Assembly: GCA_965235115.1 (NCBI GenBank) | Contig: OZ249441.1 | Location: 13,640,001-13,704,000, forward strand | DNA from: Laetmonice hystrix | Lineage: Eukaryota | DNA: 64,000 nt | Reading direction: 5' to 3' | Part shown: in pieces, positions 52,055 to 64,000 of the stretch | How the letters are laid out: each line of letters starts with the position of its first letter | How positions within the stretch are numbered: the stretch's first letter is position 1 | Program-made: the position numbers and the translations under genes | The notes under the pieces: generated by a model | The model's input: the letters and a program-made list of their open reading frames with translations, nothing else | The model's database searches: none | Told to the model about the DNA's origin: nothing

Positions 52055-53245
52055 CTATTTGTTTTAGGTGTGACTATGGACCATGCAATATGAATAGCAT
52101 TCCTGCAACATCTGTAAAGTATGTTTTATCCGTACCAGAGTACCAGAGTCATCTTCATACCCTTGCCTTCTAATAAAATCATCCTCGCCACCTTGAGTGA
52201 TCACCTCTGGCTGTGTGATCGGTCAAAGCCATCGGCTCGTCTGTAACTTTCTATACAATTTACCATTACTTACTGGACCAGTTTACCGAAATCATCAGTT
52301 TGGGGGGGGGGGGGGGGGTATGCGGAGGGGAAGAATCCTAACCACAAGTTCTGTGCCTCCCAAATACCGGACCTCATCACTTGCCCACTCCTGCTTTGTC
52401 CATCAATAGAATTCCACGTGAGCGCACACTTTTCTCTGCGGCCATTCGAGTGGAATACACACATAAAAGCAGTGGCGTGACGTGTGACTTTCCAGAAAAG
52501 GACTGGTAGTTGAAGGCTTAATGAAAACTTGAATATGAGATTCCGCGAGTATCTGGCACTCGTAACAGTGGTAACACCTTCACTGGAAGGGCCGACACCT
52601 GCCAAACTAACTTTACTGGGAACTGTTCACGTGTGCACGAACTGTGCAAAGTGTGTAAAGTTCGACATCCTTGGTAAGATAACCACAAAAACACACACTT
52701 CGTCTGTTATTGGGCCAACATACAACACTGAACAACGGGTGAAACCAGGCTTTCGCGCCATCCCGCTTCACCCAAACAATCCCTAACTACACTCAATACC
52801 ATTCGTCCACCCAGTATTTCAATACCACCCAATATGTCAATACTGGGGAACAAAAATAGAGAAGACGCAGACAGACTGCCATGAAGCCCTTACTGGAGGA
52901 GGGGCACACAGGATTGGGAGTTAGTGACCCATCGGCTGATAGATGCAGCCCAGGAGGATTATGGATCCCTCCTCCCTAGGACTCGGAGCCCCAGCCAGAC
53001 ATCCCTGGCCTCATTTTCCTGACACCCTTCCATGCCCTGCCCACAACAGCCCGGTCCGGCCTATAGCCAAGCCAGGCCCAGTCAGGCCTTGCACAGTCCT
53101 GCCCAGGCAGCTGGCTGGCTTTCAATCAATGTCCCTCATTGATCCACCAACTCCTCCATTCCCTTACAAACCACCACCACCGTCAGTCACCATCACCCAC
53201 CAGCAGAAAATCACAAAATCAATTCACGAACTTGTAGCACGCAGG

Positions 53246-53370
53246 ATCACAAAACCAATTGATTTATCAAGGCTTCAATTGGCTATAAATAGCCGACCTG
53301 AAGTGAGCAAGTCGGAGTTTGTTTCCTAGTCCAGGGTGAGGGTTTGAGTTGTCCAACTACATGGATGAGT
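53246..53370 (+). mobile_element. Possible decayed DIRS/Ngaro-type reverse transcriptase N-terminal fragment
   Basis: ITKPIDLSRLQLAINSRPEVSKSEFV, then after a frameshift LVQGEGL. This resembles TPIN..RL...L..HP....FV..LV.GF.EGF, which I recall preceding YR-retroelement RT domains. Preceded by a Pro-rich ORF (52943-53329). Confidence 0.3.
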
Positions 53371-56300
53371 TCAGTGACAGAAGATCGGGTGGTTACTGTC
53401 TGACAATGACTACCTCACAAATACTGTTTGTCTCCCTCCCCACACTCACCAGCACTGCACAATTACAACCACCTGAAACCTCCCATCACAGGTCCTGTCA
53501 CGTCCATCCTCAACCACAGCCTTCTAAAGCTGACATCAAGATACCACGCACACTCTTCCGTAATCAATAAAATGCATTTAACAAATTTCCAATATTTCAA
53601 AATATTTGCTCTGCTGTTTTCCGTCAACCCATTGCTATATGAATTCAACGGATTTTATTTGCACTTCTCTCTGCAGTGGTCAATCGATAGGTGAGATTGC
53701 CCCACCGCTCTGACTCAATATCACGTGTTAATGCATCAGAATGAAGTAGAAATGGAGAGAGAAAAATATAACCCAGTGGAACATTTAAAAAAGCCATCCA
53801 TTTCCTCGGAATCAGTAGGGATAGTTTGGCGATACTGCCCGATAACGAATGGAGACAAACACTATCACTGCTATCCGATCAGATCATTTTCTGGTCGAGC
53901 CCGACGACCAACAATACATCCTGCTGGCCACGATATCCCGGAGGTAACAATAACTGTATACATGTCCAATGCTCCCACACAGCCGAGAAAAGGTCAATTA
54001 TATCTGATGTACATTGGTCAACCTGCCTATACCTTTCAAAGAAAGACACATTTCTCAAAGCAGGAAACCTACTTGAGGTTTCTGTTTCAGGATGAAGAAC
54101 CAGTTTATTGTGTATTATTTCCTTTCCAAACATCTTCTCACCAGAGACTTACTACAGAATATTTATTATCACTTCAAAAAGACAACTGTACATGCTGAGA
54201 CGGCTGGCTGTTGGTGGAGGAGATAGGAAGGATGCGGCCTGTTTGAGGCGAGAGGTGATTTCAACCCAACTGCAGTCATTCCATCCCTGCTTGCACCAGG
54301 CGCCTGCCTGGTGGTGCCCAGTTCACCTAGACAGATCGCATCGAAGTGAGTCTCCAAACCAGCCGGGCCGCCTGGAGCTCAGGCTTATAGATGGCGATCC
54401 CCTCGCCATCACCCATCCCTCCATTGTCCAACATCACGGCTCTCTCGTCCCTTGGAGGATGGAGGTTCCCTTTATGCTGTACGGCAAGAGCAATATTAAA
54501 CTCCAGCATTAGCTTCATACTAGAACTCTGCTGACTACAGCCATATAATGACACAAAACATTGCTGAGGTTATCCTTGGCGTGCTCAGACGGACTAAAGC
54601 ATGTGGATGTTATTTCGCGGGAGTACTAATTAAGCTTATCTTTGGAGAAAGGATTATCCTCAATGCCGGAACTTCATTCTCAATCCTTTTTTTTTGCAAC
54701 ATTTTCTCACTCATATGAATTTGCACCAACGTTGTCTCTACCCTGTCAACGATAATGTCGGTGTCTGCCTAGACACAGGCAGACTGGTGTCTACCGACTG
54801 CCTTTACCTAGGGACACCAAGGGTAATCCCAACTTAAAACTATTCTACGTTGGATTTACCGCAGTAAAGTGTCAGAGTTATCTTTTCATTGTTACAAAAT
54901 TCAAAATATTTTGGACGATGCCTTTGAAATAACCAAACTGAGTAAAGTAATTTCTGAATCTACAGTGGTGAATCCTCCCTGAATTATTTTACAAAACCCT
55001 CCAGTGCAAGCACGTCGGTGATTGACAGTTATAAATAGACACTCTGTCCGCCAAACTACTATAATATAGTGCCAGAACAACACCAAATTGCCCCATAACC
55101 TGGGCTCCGATAGGCTGTCGGATCAACTCTACTAGAACAGGTATCTGACACATTCTCCACCACTTCACCTCATGTTATTGACACAGTAAGAGATAGACTT
55201 CAGTCAAGTGCTTCATGTTCTCAATGTAAACAATACAGTCCAAAGTACCACCATTTGATCAACTGACTGGCCAATACCATTCAGACATTAAGTATTTACT
55301 GAATTCATATTTTTGGCACTCCTACTACGTTTTGGGGACCACTACTAGGTGTAATAATATTTTCTGAATACGGAAAGATAGCAAGAGGATGATATGGACA
55401 TTTCCGACAGAACAAACCAAGCCAATGTGGATGAATTAAATCCGACCTATCTCCGTAGACGACTATGGTAGAAAGGAATGACAGAGTACGTCGTCGTGCA
55501 ATACGAGGACAGATCGTAAATGTCAAAGTTATAAGTGTTTCTACGGCCACAGACAACCTTGACAGATCTATTGTTAAACTATCCATTACACAATGAATAT
55601 ATTATATAGATGTTCTGATTCGAAAAAAGTGCACTTAGACACTGTGCTGCATTCCAAGTATCACATTGACTTCATGGATCCACTTTAAATGAAAGGATAA
55701 GTTCAATCTGCCATCAGATCATAGTCGAGTAGTCGAGTAATAAACCTTTCCCACTTTCACTCTGGGGAAATCCTACTTCAGCGGAACACAACACTGAAAC
55801 ACAAAATTCCAATATGAAAATTTAATGTCATTTGAAATAGCCACCCTAAGTGTTAATGCAACAAAATTAGGCATCACACACGGATTTCAACCTTTCGAAA
55901 CAGACATGCTTTCCTGCTGGACTTAGTGGTAATATCGCCTCCACATCCAATACAACTCGTTAATCAATCTCAAGAGAATTCTGCCTTGTTGGTTTCAGCT
56001 ATTCTTGTCATCGATTGCAACTACGACTGTTTGCACCGTGACAATCAGTTTGAATCGGTTCAACAGCTACGTGGCGGTCAATTGCAGTATGTTGATGAAC
56101 ATGTGGAGCAAACTTTCAGCGCCCTGGAAGCGATGAGGAAGAGCCAAGACGAGGAAGTTTTCTCCTACATCACCAGTACTGCCACCCTGCCTAATCGTGG
56201 CTGACATAACCTGATCACCTTCAGTCAGATGGCAATTAATGCAGTGCTGACCCCAACACTTAACTCCGTAAGTCATCAAACTCCGCCTAAAGGCATGTCT

Positions 56301-57777
56301 GACCACAGGTTAACGGAGTAACAACACGATAGGCCTGACCCTCAGCCTTGTATTGTGGTCCATAGGCCCACGGCCGCTCCATCACACTTAGGACCTTGAG
56401 GCCCAAAGTCACAGACCCTCAGATCACAGGCTCAGGTTCCAGCTAATCCCTGGGCTCACTTTGATGCACGGTTGCCATACAACGATGACCTGTGATTCGG
56501 CGTCACGCTATTTTCATATCCTCTTACCATGAACTTATGAAACTCTGGCAATAGCATGATGAATATTGCAAAAATGGCGGGCATTGATGACCTGGTATTC
56601 TGACACTGCCATTCTCTGATTATCTCGTCATTTTGGGCTGCCGTATATGGATGACCTAATAATGGTGGTCGAGGATGGGAGTCGAACTACATTAATTACC
56701 CATGGGTGTTGGTCTATATTGATTACCCAGCCATTTATCTCAGTTGCTTCACCTTAATGATCTCATGGTGTGGGGTTGCGAGATACACTAACGACCTCAT
56801 AATTCTACACTTATTACCTCATAATAATGAGTCCCCTCCCCCACTGATTATGCAGTAACTCTACCTGGGGTTGTTTGTATATTATGTATCTCATAATGCA
56901 GGGTTGGCCTAAAATATGACCTCATGATATGGGAATCCCTTATACCGGCGACCTTATGTAGGCGGCTGCCATAACTGATGACCTCCTGATGCCTGGCTGC
57001 AGGATGGAACAAGCTCTGCTCCGAGCACACAGCCAACTGGTAGAAGGAACTGGTACACAGCGTCATTAATATTTCAGCTTGCTCTACAGTCTTCCGCCTG
57101 GCCAGGAAACGAGAGGTCGATGGACTCACACCGATCGGCCTGTCCGGAATAACACTGGCGGTCGGGCCTCGGCTGGCTTCATACAGGTGTACATCTCACA
57201 CCGCCCCTATCCACCTGTAATGTTCTTATATAACGAACCAGATTAACCCTAACCTAACCTGGAGGTATAAATACAAGGAAGGGTTCGCAAACCTGAAGTG
57301 GGCAATTCATATAATACTATCCTATCAGTTCTGGTTTGCCTATTTATTTAAAAAGCATATTCAAATTCAAATCTGAACATTTTTTTCACACCAAATTAGG
57401 AGTAATGAAACATCACCATCAAACAATCAACAATCAGTGTTCAGTTCATGTTCACAAGCAGTGACACAAGCCAAAATATGCAAATGACCTTTTTGACTAA
57501 AAGGTTGAGGATTAATGGTGTCATTACTTATATGGTTGAGAAATCAAAGTTTGAGGATTGTTGAGCAAAGACATCACCAGTTCATCACATTAACACAGAT
57601 CAGAACAAACACTCGTTATCACCGAATGTCCGGCGAAAGCATCCTGCTTCAATTTAAATATTATTGAACAATCGAATCCTGGTCCCATTAGGCCATTGCC
57701 TTTTCTCCAATCTTTGCTCCGTAACCATGCAATATTATAAACCCTCTCAGCCTAATGAGGCTTTGCCCCCGCGGTGG

Positions 57778-57912
57778 CTTTGCAATACCGGCCATGTCAG
57801 CTCCGCCAATGTTGCTCTGCAATACCGCACAATGTTGCTCAGCCACTGTGGCTCTGCAATACCGCCCATGGTGCTCAGCCCCTGTGGCTCTGCAATACCG
57901 GCGATGGCAGCT
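57778..57912. repeat. Diverged minisatellite, about 37-bp unit x4 (core TGCAATACCG)
   Basis: Core at 57781, 57818, 57855 and 57891. Confidence 0.85.
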
Positions 57913-60339
57913 ATACCGGTGACGCTTGGAAAATGCTGAACTCTTGACCACCCTCATTGATCTGTGGTGTGGCACACAACCGTCTGGCCAATACCTATAC
58001 TGTATTTTCATCCTCTTGTATATTGTACTCTGTCCAATACAAAAACTACAGCTCTAAATCCATAATCCTTGCTTTCCTAAATTAATATTTTGGCTTGAAA
58101 GACTTACTCCTTCCTTGCTAACCTTCTAAACTTCAATCTTCATGAGACATTTCAAATAGATGTTAACCTCGTAAAGAAATCCTTTAAAGTTAATGATAAA
58201 ATACAACTTCGAATTCATTTTTTAATTATCCCTTTTTCACTTTGATATATTCATTTTATGCGTCGCAGTATTCGACTTCCATTTACGTCAAAACACAAAA
58301 CTAATTTGCTAAGCATGAAACAGAAAACCTCTTCTCTGGAAATGCTACTCTGTATGACCAAAAATAATCCAAAAGAACATACTTGCAAGTTGGTGCAAAA
58401 ATTTGAGTGGGTGGAATGTGATTAAAGCGCCCCCCACACACCCCACCCCCAAGTGCCCATTGCGCTGATTGTTAATATCACTAGTAGCTTTTTATTTAGT
58501 AAGGAACACTCAAGATATCTATGATATACAGCGATGTACAGAGGATTTAGGGGGGGGGGGACAATTTCCTTGTTTTCTCTGTCCTATGGTCACCCTGTCC
58601 AAAGCATCTTTAATGCGAAGTAATTATTGCTCATAAAAGAGAAATGTCTTGACTTTGATATTAAACACATTCCAGCCACTAAAGATATTCCAGACATCAA
58701 ACGTATGCAAGAAACACATTGCAGCCTTTTTCGAAGACCTTTCGACTTCTGAACACATCCCATCCTTCAAACACACTCCAACCATTTTAAGACACTCGAA
58801 CAATGTCCCACTTTTGTCCTCTAAACATTCTGATGGCAGTCCCAGTGAATTGACTGAGCCTGGAATTAATTCCGTCACCCAAGTCTGCGGCCAGACGAAG
58901 GAATAATTCTAGGTTAGTTGTGAGGAGCTAGCCGGGTGGCGTCCAGAGCGTTACAGGCAGTGTGAGGCTCAAACTGAGATGTGGTCCGATTCCTCTCTCC
59001 ACCAGACCCTCAATCCTTACACCGCTCGACCAGCACAATCACATTATTCAAAAAGTGTTGATCTATCCACAACGCTGTCGTCAAATCAATTGTTCTGGTG
59101 CTCTGTGAAGCAGTACATTAATTGTGAACGTTTGCCGGTGATGGTGGACATAGCCGGTGGTGGTAAAAGGTAGCTGAAGGAGATACTGCCGCAAGCAGTT
59201 CTCAACGGCGGCCAGTGTTTTACTGGGTAAATAACAAGCTTCTTCTATAAAAGTGGTCATTTTCCATATCAAATTTGAGCGTATAACTTCGATAAACCTG
59301 AAGTATATTGACAAGACTGATAAATAACCAGATGGAGAGAGACAAACTATAAAAGCGAATAGTCAATATCCAGCCCCATGGATTCATTCATTTCCTCACT
59401 ACTTCCTCTGACGGTGAGCCCAGGAGGTTTGAAACACAGCAGACGTAAGCACATTGGGCATACAATTGACACAAAGAAATGGTAACGAAACCTGCATGTC
59501 TATGTCTGGAAGGAAGTGCACTCATCACAATGATTAATCTACTGCCATGGCAACATATTCCCAACGCCCTCATTCTCTGCCTTCCATCCGCCCATCTCTT
59601 CACTTCCTGACATGCAACCAAGTCAAAGATGGAATCAAAATAGGCCGCAACTGTTACCACAATATTTCCCTTTATCAACGGTAGCCTACTACAGACCTAG
59701 CTAGATTTCAAAGAACAGACATCCACAATATAGATCTACACTATCTGTGATTATACAGACCATACCAATATCTATATCTAAGTCTCATTGAAATCAATGC
59801 CCACATAACATCTTTACAACCAGAAATACCAGACTTCCTCATAGTGTTCCCCTTGAACAACACAATCCTATCTATATCAGCTATCTAAGACTTTAACGTG
59901 TCTCCACCATCCTCATAACGTGCCTTGCCTTAAAACGCCAGCGCCGTCAAGCCAACACTATCATACTGACCGCTCACCGACGGGTCCCAATTGTATGTTA
60001 GAAATAGAGTACACTCAATGGCAGATTCTCAGGTGGCCAAAGGACGACTATGAACTTACTACTACTGGTCAATGACTGACGAAGTTACTGTAGACCTGTA
60101 GATCAATAGTGGACAATATTATTTGAGGTCCAGGAGGTCGCAGTCTCCACTGACCACTTCTCTGTAACTGGTGGCAGTAGTCGGATGTACAAAGGTCCTG
60201 GGTGACCACGGCAAGATTTCTCACTTATTGAATTCAGAGCATTGACAGCACCTGTGTGACAGAACGGAGGAGTACAAGGACACTACTACTTCCGCAGGAA
60301 CACCAAACCATTGCTAGCCCAGCCGTATGCGGTTAGCCA

Positions 60340-60632
60340 ATCATTGTAAGGTGCACTCAATGGTTCACTATTAGAAGATGCAGTCAATGACTGGTCAGCA
60401 AAAAATATCATCAGTAGTGGGCGATTGGAAGATGCAGGCAATGGTTGGCTAAGAAAAGATGCGGTCAATAGTTTGCCATTGGGAAAAGCGGTTAATATTG
60501 GGTCATTGGAAGAAGCAGCGAATGGCTGGCCACATTGAAAGATGCCGTCAATGGTTGGTCTTTTGACGACGGACTCAATGTGTGGCAATTGGAAGATGCA
60601 AGCAATGGTCTGCCATCGGGAGATGCAGTATA
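60340..60632. repeat. Highly diverged 27-bp tandem repeat, about 11 units, with codon-like structure
   Basis: TTGGAAGATGCAGTCAATGGTTGG-like units at a 27-bp period, with one 2-bp insertion at about 60533. Confidence 0.75.
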
Positions 60633-63600
60633 AACCATCACAGTAAACGGTCAAATTTCAACTGATTTTCAGACTTCATCACTTTGTGTCAGATTAATTA
60701 ATTTTACCTAAGCTGAAAACCTGTACCTAATCTCAGCATCAAAGGACACATAAAAAGAAATCTGATTACCTCGCATTTCATTTATATCGGATGACTCGTT
60801 TCTCGAACCCATATGAGACCTGTTTACTGGTGATCACCATTTGTCCTGTACTGAGAAAGTGGATAATTGGTTGGGTCACATGTGGTGTTGACCTAACAGC
60901 AGACCGGCTTGCAGACAGCCATCATGCCTTGGCCCCTGAGACGTGGCCAAAACACCAAGGGAACAAGCATAATTTGCCTGCCCACTGATGTCCTTAAAAC
61001 GTCCATAAATGTCATATTCTGGCAGTTACGCGCCATGATGGCCGGCTCACAATGAATCACCGCGGACCGTGGAAAGTCGCGTTTTATTGTTGGTTGTCTG
61101 GGACTGCTAGTGTCAACTGGTGTCAACTGGCGGATATAAACTCAGCACGACCACAGCCTTATACCACTTCATCGCATCCATCTATTTCTGGCTTGGAATT
61201 GAATGGAATCGATGTTTTTCTCTGGTGTTGATCTTATCTGAAAAAAAAACGAACTGGGCTGCCATGACACCACTGATATACTGTCTTGCCTGTCACCATA
61301 TTAGAATCCCCTTAAACTTCCTGCGAGCCAATACCCCGTAACCGATCGTCTCCATGGCGGGAACCATGCGAATTGGAACCCCTTAATTCAACTCTCGTAA
61401 GACTGCATGTCGGGGCTGGCAGTATAAAACCATGACTTGAGCTTGATGATGTTAACTATTGTCCCCTGACCTCTCCAACATCCACATTATCGATTATCAA
61501 ATTGTCTCTTACCAAATATTTCAGACTCTAGATAGGTATCCGGACGCACACATTACACTGGCTCCAAGACACCACTGTGGAAACACCATGAGACTCTAGT
61601 ACCGTGACTAGACAACTTCACCTATATCATCAAAATACTTGAAGCCGATTCCTAAATTACAGTGCCGGGAACTCCCCTTTATTTACAGGAGGAGAAGCTC
61701 AACAGTTGACATTTTTATACGTCAACAACTCGAAGGTTTGAGCCATACAAACTGTACATCCTACTTACGCGCGAAAAGCATTCGCAATTCCATTATTAGT
61801 GGTCTCGGGTTCTATTCAGATTGCCTATCCACTGTTTCAACCTTATCAATACGTGTCTATCTGAGGGAATAAATGAAGGCGTCCCTTCTCTATTTGCCAC
61901 ACAAGTCCAGACGTGAGCATTATGTTGATGTAAATAAATACTGAACAGGCATCTAATGAACAACATTTTTGTAATTTACCAGATAACCTGAGAAAGCTCT
62001 TGTATACGTCCTTATCGTGTTTGCAGAATGACAGTTATTTATTCACTTATTAATTCACGTCCCACATTGTTTTACAATTCCAAGATATAGAAATGCATTT
62101 AATTACATGTAATTCAATTACCGGTATCTATCTATGTATTCATAAGTGTGCAGGGTAAACCGTCGATGATTCCTATATTGAGTCATTATCGAAATTTTAC
62201 AAAACGTCCAATCCAATTTTTCCACAATTCCCAGCCATAATGTAGCATTCATCACAACCAGATCCACCATGCTGCTGCTGCTGCTCCATGAGTCCATGAC
62301 ATACTGTCATGCTTCTACATCTAAAACAAATTCTCTCCCACCGATTATCTGTCTCATCTAAATATTCTCTTTCTGTTACATCAGATATGATTTACTACAT
62401 CCTGTGAAATAATCCTAACTCAACCAAAAATCAGCTTATAGAAGGCGAGAATCTGCAATCATATTCTGGGCAGCTACAAAACTTGCGGGGAAAAATTGGT
62501 GATTCGCCAGAGATAATCGAAGCAGTCCATCAAAGGAATGAAAATAATTTCAAGTACCTGATTTGCATTACAATCTTCCTTGAATTGAAACTTTTTAGCA
62601 GTGGAAATCAAGAATGACGTTTGATTGTCATTTGGTGTGATTTTGTTTGATTGGACAGGACATGTGGTGGCCGTGTGCTGTAAGCCTGGTAAGGCCTTTT
62701 TTTTGCCGTAAATGCCAGACTCCCCTACTATATGCAGCCTGAAGAATGACTCCCATGGCACCAATAGAGCTTTGCTGATGTGGCCAGCGATATTCCCCGG
62801 TAAACGCTAGGCGCTATCTCAGGACCCACCCAGTGGAGCCAAGCTATTCAAATGTAGTACTACTCCACCTCCAAGTCGCTTACTCTAAATATTCCTGGAA
62901 CTGTCGACATGGCCTAAATACGGAACCTGTTTTTAATATTTGTATTTAAATAGACGGTAAGGATTATAGTTCCTCAAGTACACGGTAGGCGATTACCTTT
63001 ACGTGTTCTGTAAATGTCAAAGTACTTGGACAACCACCCCCACCTCGTGTACTGTTATCTATTTTACGTTTTAAATGAAACGTGAAAAAGCTTACGTTGC
63101 AATAGTCACGATTTTCAGACAGTTCTATACAGTAGCAGAATGAATTTTACTGATATATTACACCAGTGAGTAATGGCCCCTGACTGCTGCCCCTGACTGC
63201 TGCCCAATACCGGGTACAGAATATAAGACACGTATGTTTCCAGGTGTCTGATACTAGAACATGCACGACAGCTCACTATCAGGACCTTATAAAAACAACT
63301 TTAGAGGTACAAAATTTAATCTGCATTTCATAAGATTTCTGCTTCGGCGAAGCAAGGAACAATATGAAATGGTAATCAATACGCCAATATAGTTTAAAGT
63401 CTGAAGGGATTTCAGAAGGGCGGGCCAGCTACTACATTAAAGAAGCTTCCGTTCTCTTATACACGATGAGGCATCTTTAAGTACTCTGGTCAATGGGTAT
63501 TTTTAATCACTACCCAGTGATCATCATCCACTGTGAAACAAGCCAATGAGAGGACGAGAACAAAGCTGTAATCAACGACAGTAACTAAATAAAAGCTTTC

Positions 63601-64000
63601 ATCTTACTCAGTGAGGGGAGAACTTTCCAATAACCTACACAATCGCACGCCCTTACAAGTGAAATCAATCTCTCAAGTCCTTTCTGGACATCATGATTAA
63701 TGTCGACATTGAGACCCATAAAAATAACGTGCGAAATCATCTCAATCTTTAATGGACTCACTTTGTCGCAATATTTCCAGCGTTATAAGAAAAAAACTTT
63801 GGAACTGCTCTGAGAGAAACATGGGCCAAGTATCCCGAGTGTTGTTCTTGTTGTTTATGTTTTATCCTCCTGATTATTTAACCTGTGAAACGATCCACAT
63901 TAACCTGACGTTCTCCGCCGCAATCTGACACCGGAGCTTGGGAAGCTTTGGGACATTGTGGGGAAATAATCTACGGATAATCTCGCCATATGTTACTTAT

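Overview
This window looks like eukaryotic (animal, probably invertebrate) intronic/intergenic DNA, not prokaryotic DNA. There is no operon structure, no long non-repetitive ORF, no rRNA, no intact tRNA gene and no CRISPR array. Well-supported content: (1) about a dozen minisatellite arrays with units of 13-133 bp, which generate all the longest ORFs in the track; (2) a full-length tRNA-derived SINE with A/B boxes, a V-domain-like core and an 11-bp target-site duplication at 34817-35086 (-); (3) a 5'-truncated CR1/L2-type LINE 3' end with an A-rich tail at about 39455-39963 (+); (4) five or six MITE-like inverted-repeat elements. Moderately supported: a probable first coding exon on the minus strand (23444-23380; MKRMAEDIGVEFDSRPKRLKP, then AG|GTAAGT) with a bipartite-NLS-like sequence, lying below a GC/CpG-rich 5' region; promoter-like and CTCF-like motifs; and decayed fragments resembling DIRS/Ngaro tyrosine-recombinase retroelements. 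I could not identify the gene, and I found no convincing new biological system. The best leads are a decayed 27-bp/9-aa codon-structured repeat (60.3-60.6 kb), higher-order organisation inside two minisatellites, a 16-bp palindrome present in only some copies of the 133-bp array, a candidate 9-nt microexon, and a possible strand switch of poly-G tracts around the putative promoter region. All alignments and translations were done by eye; no database searches were run.
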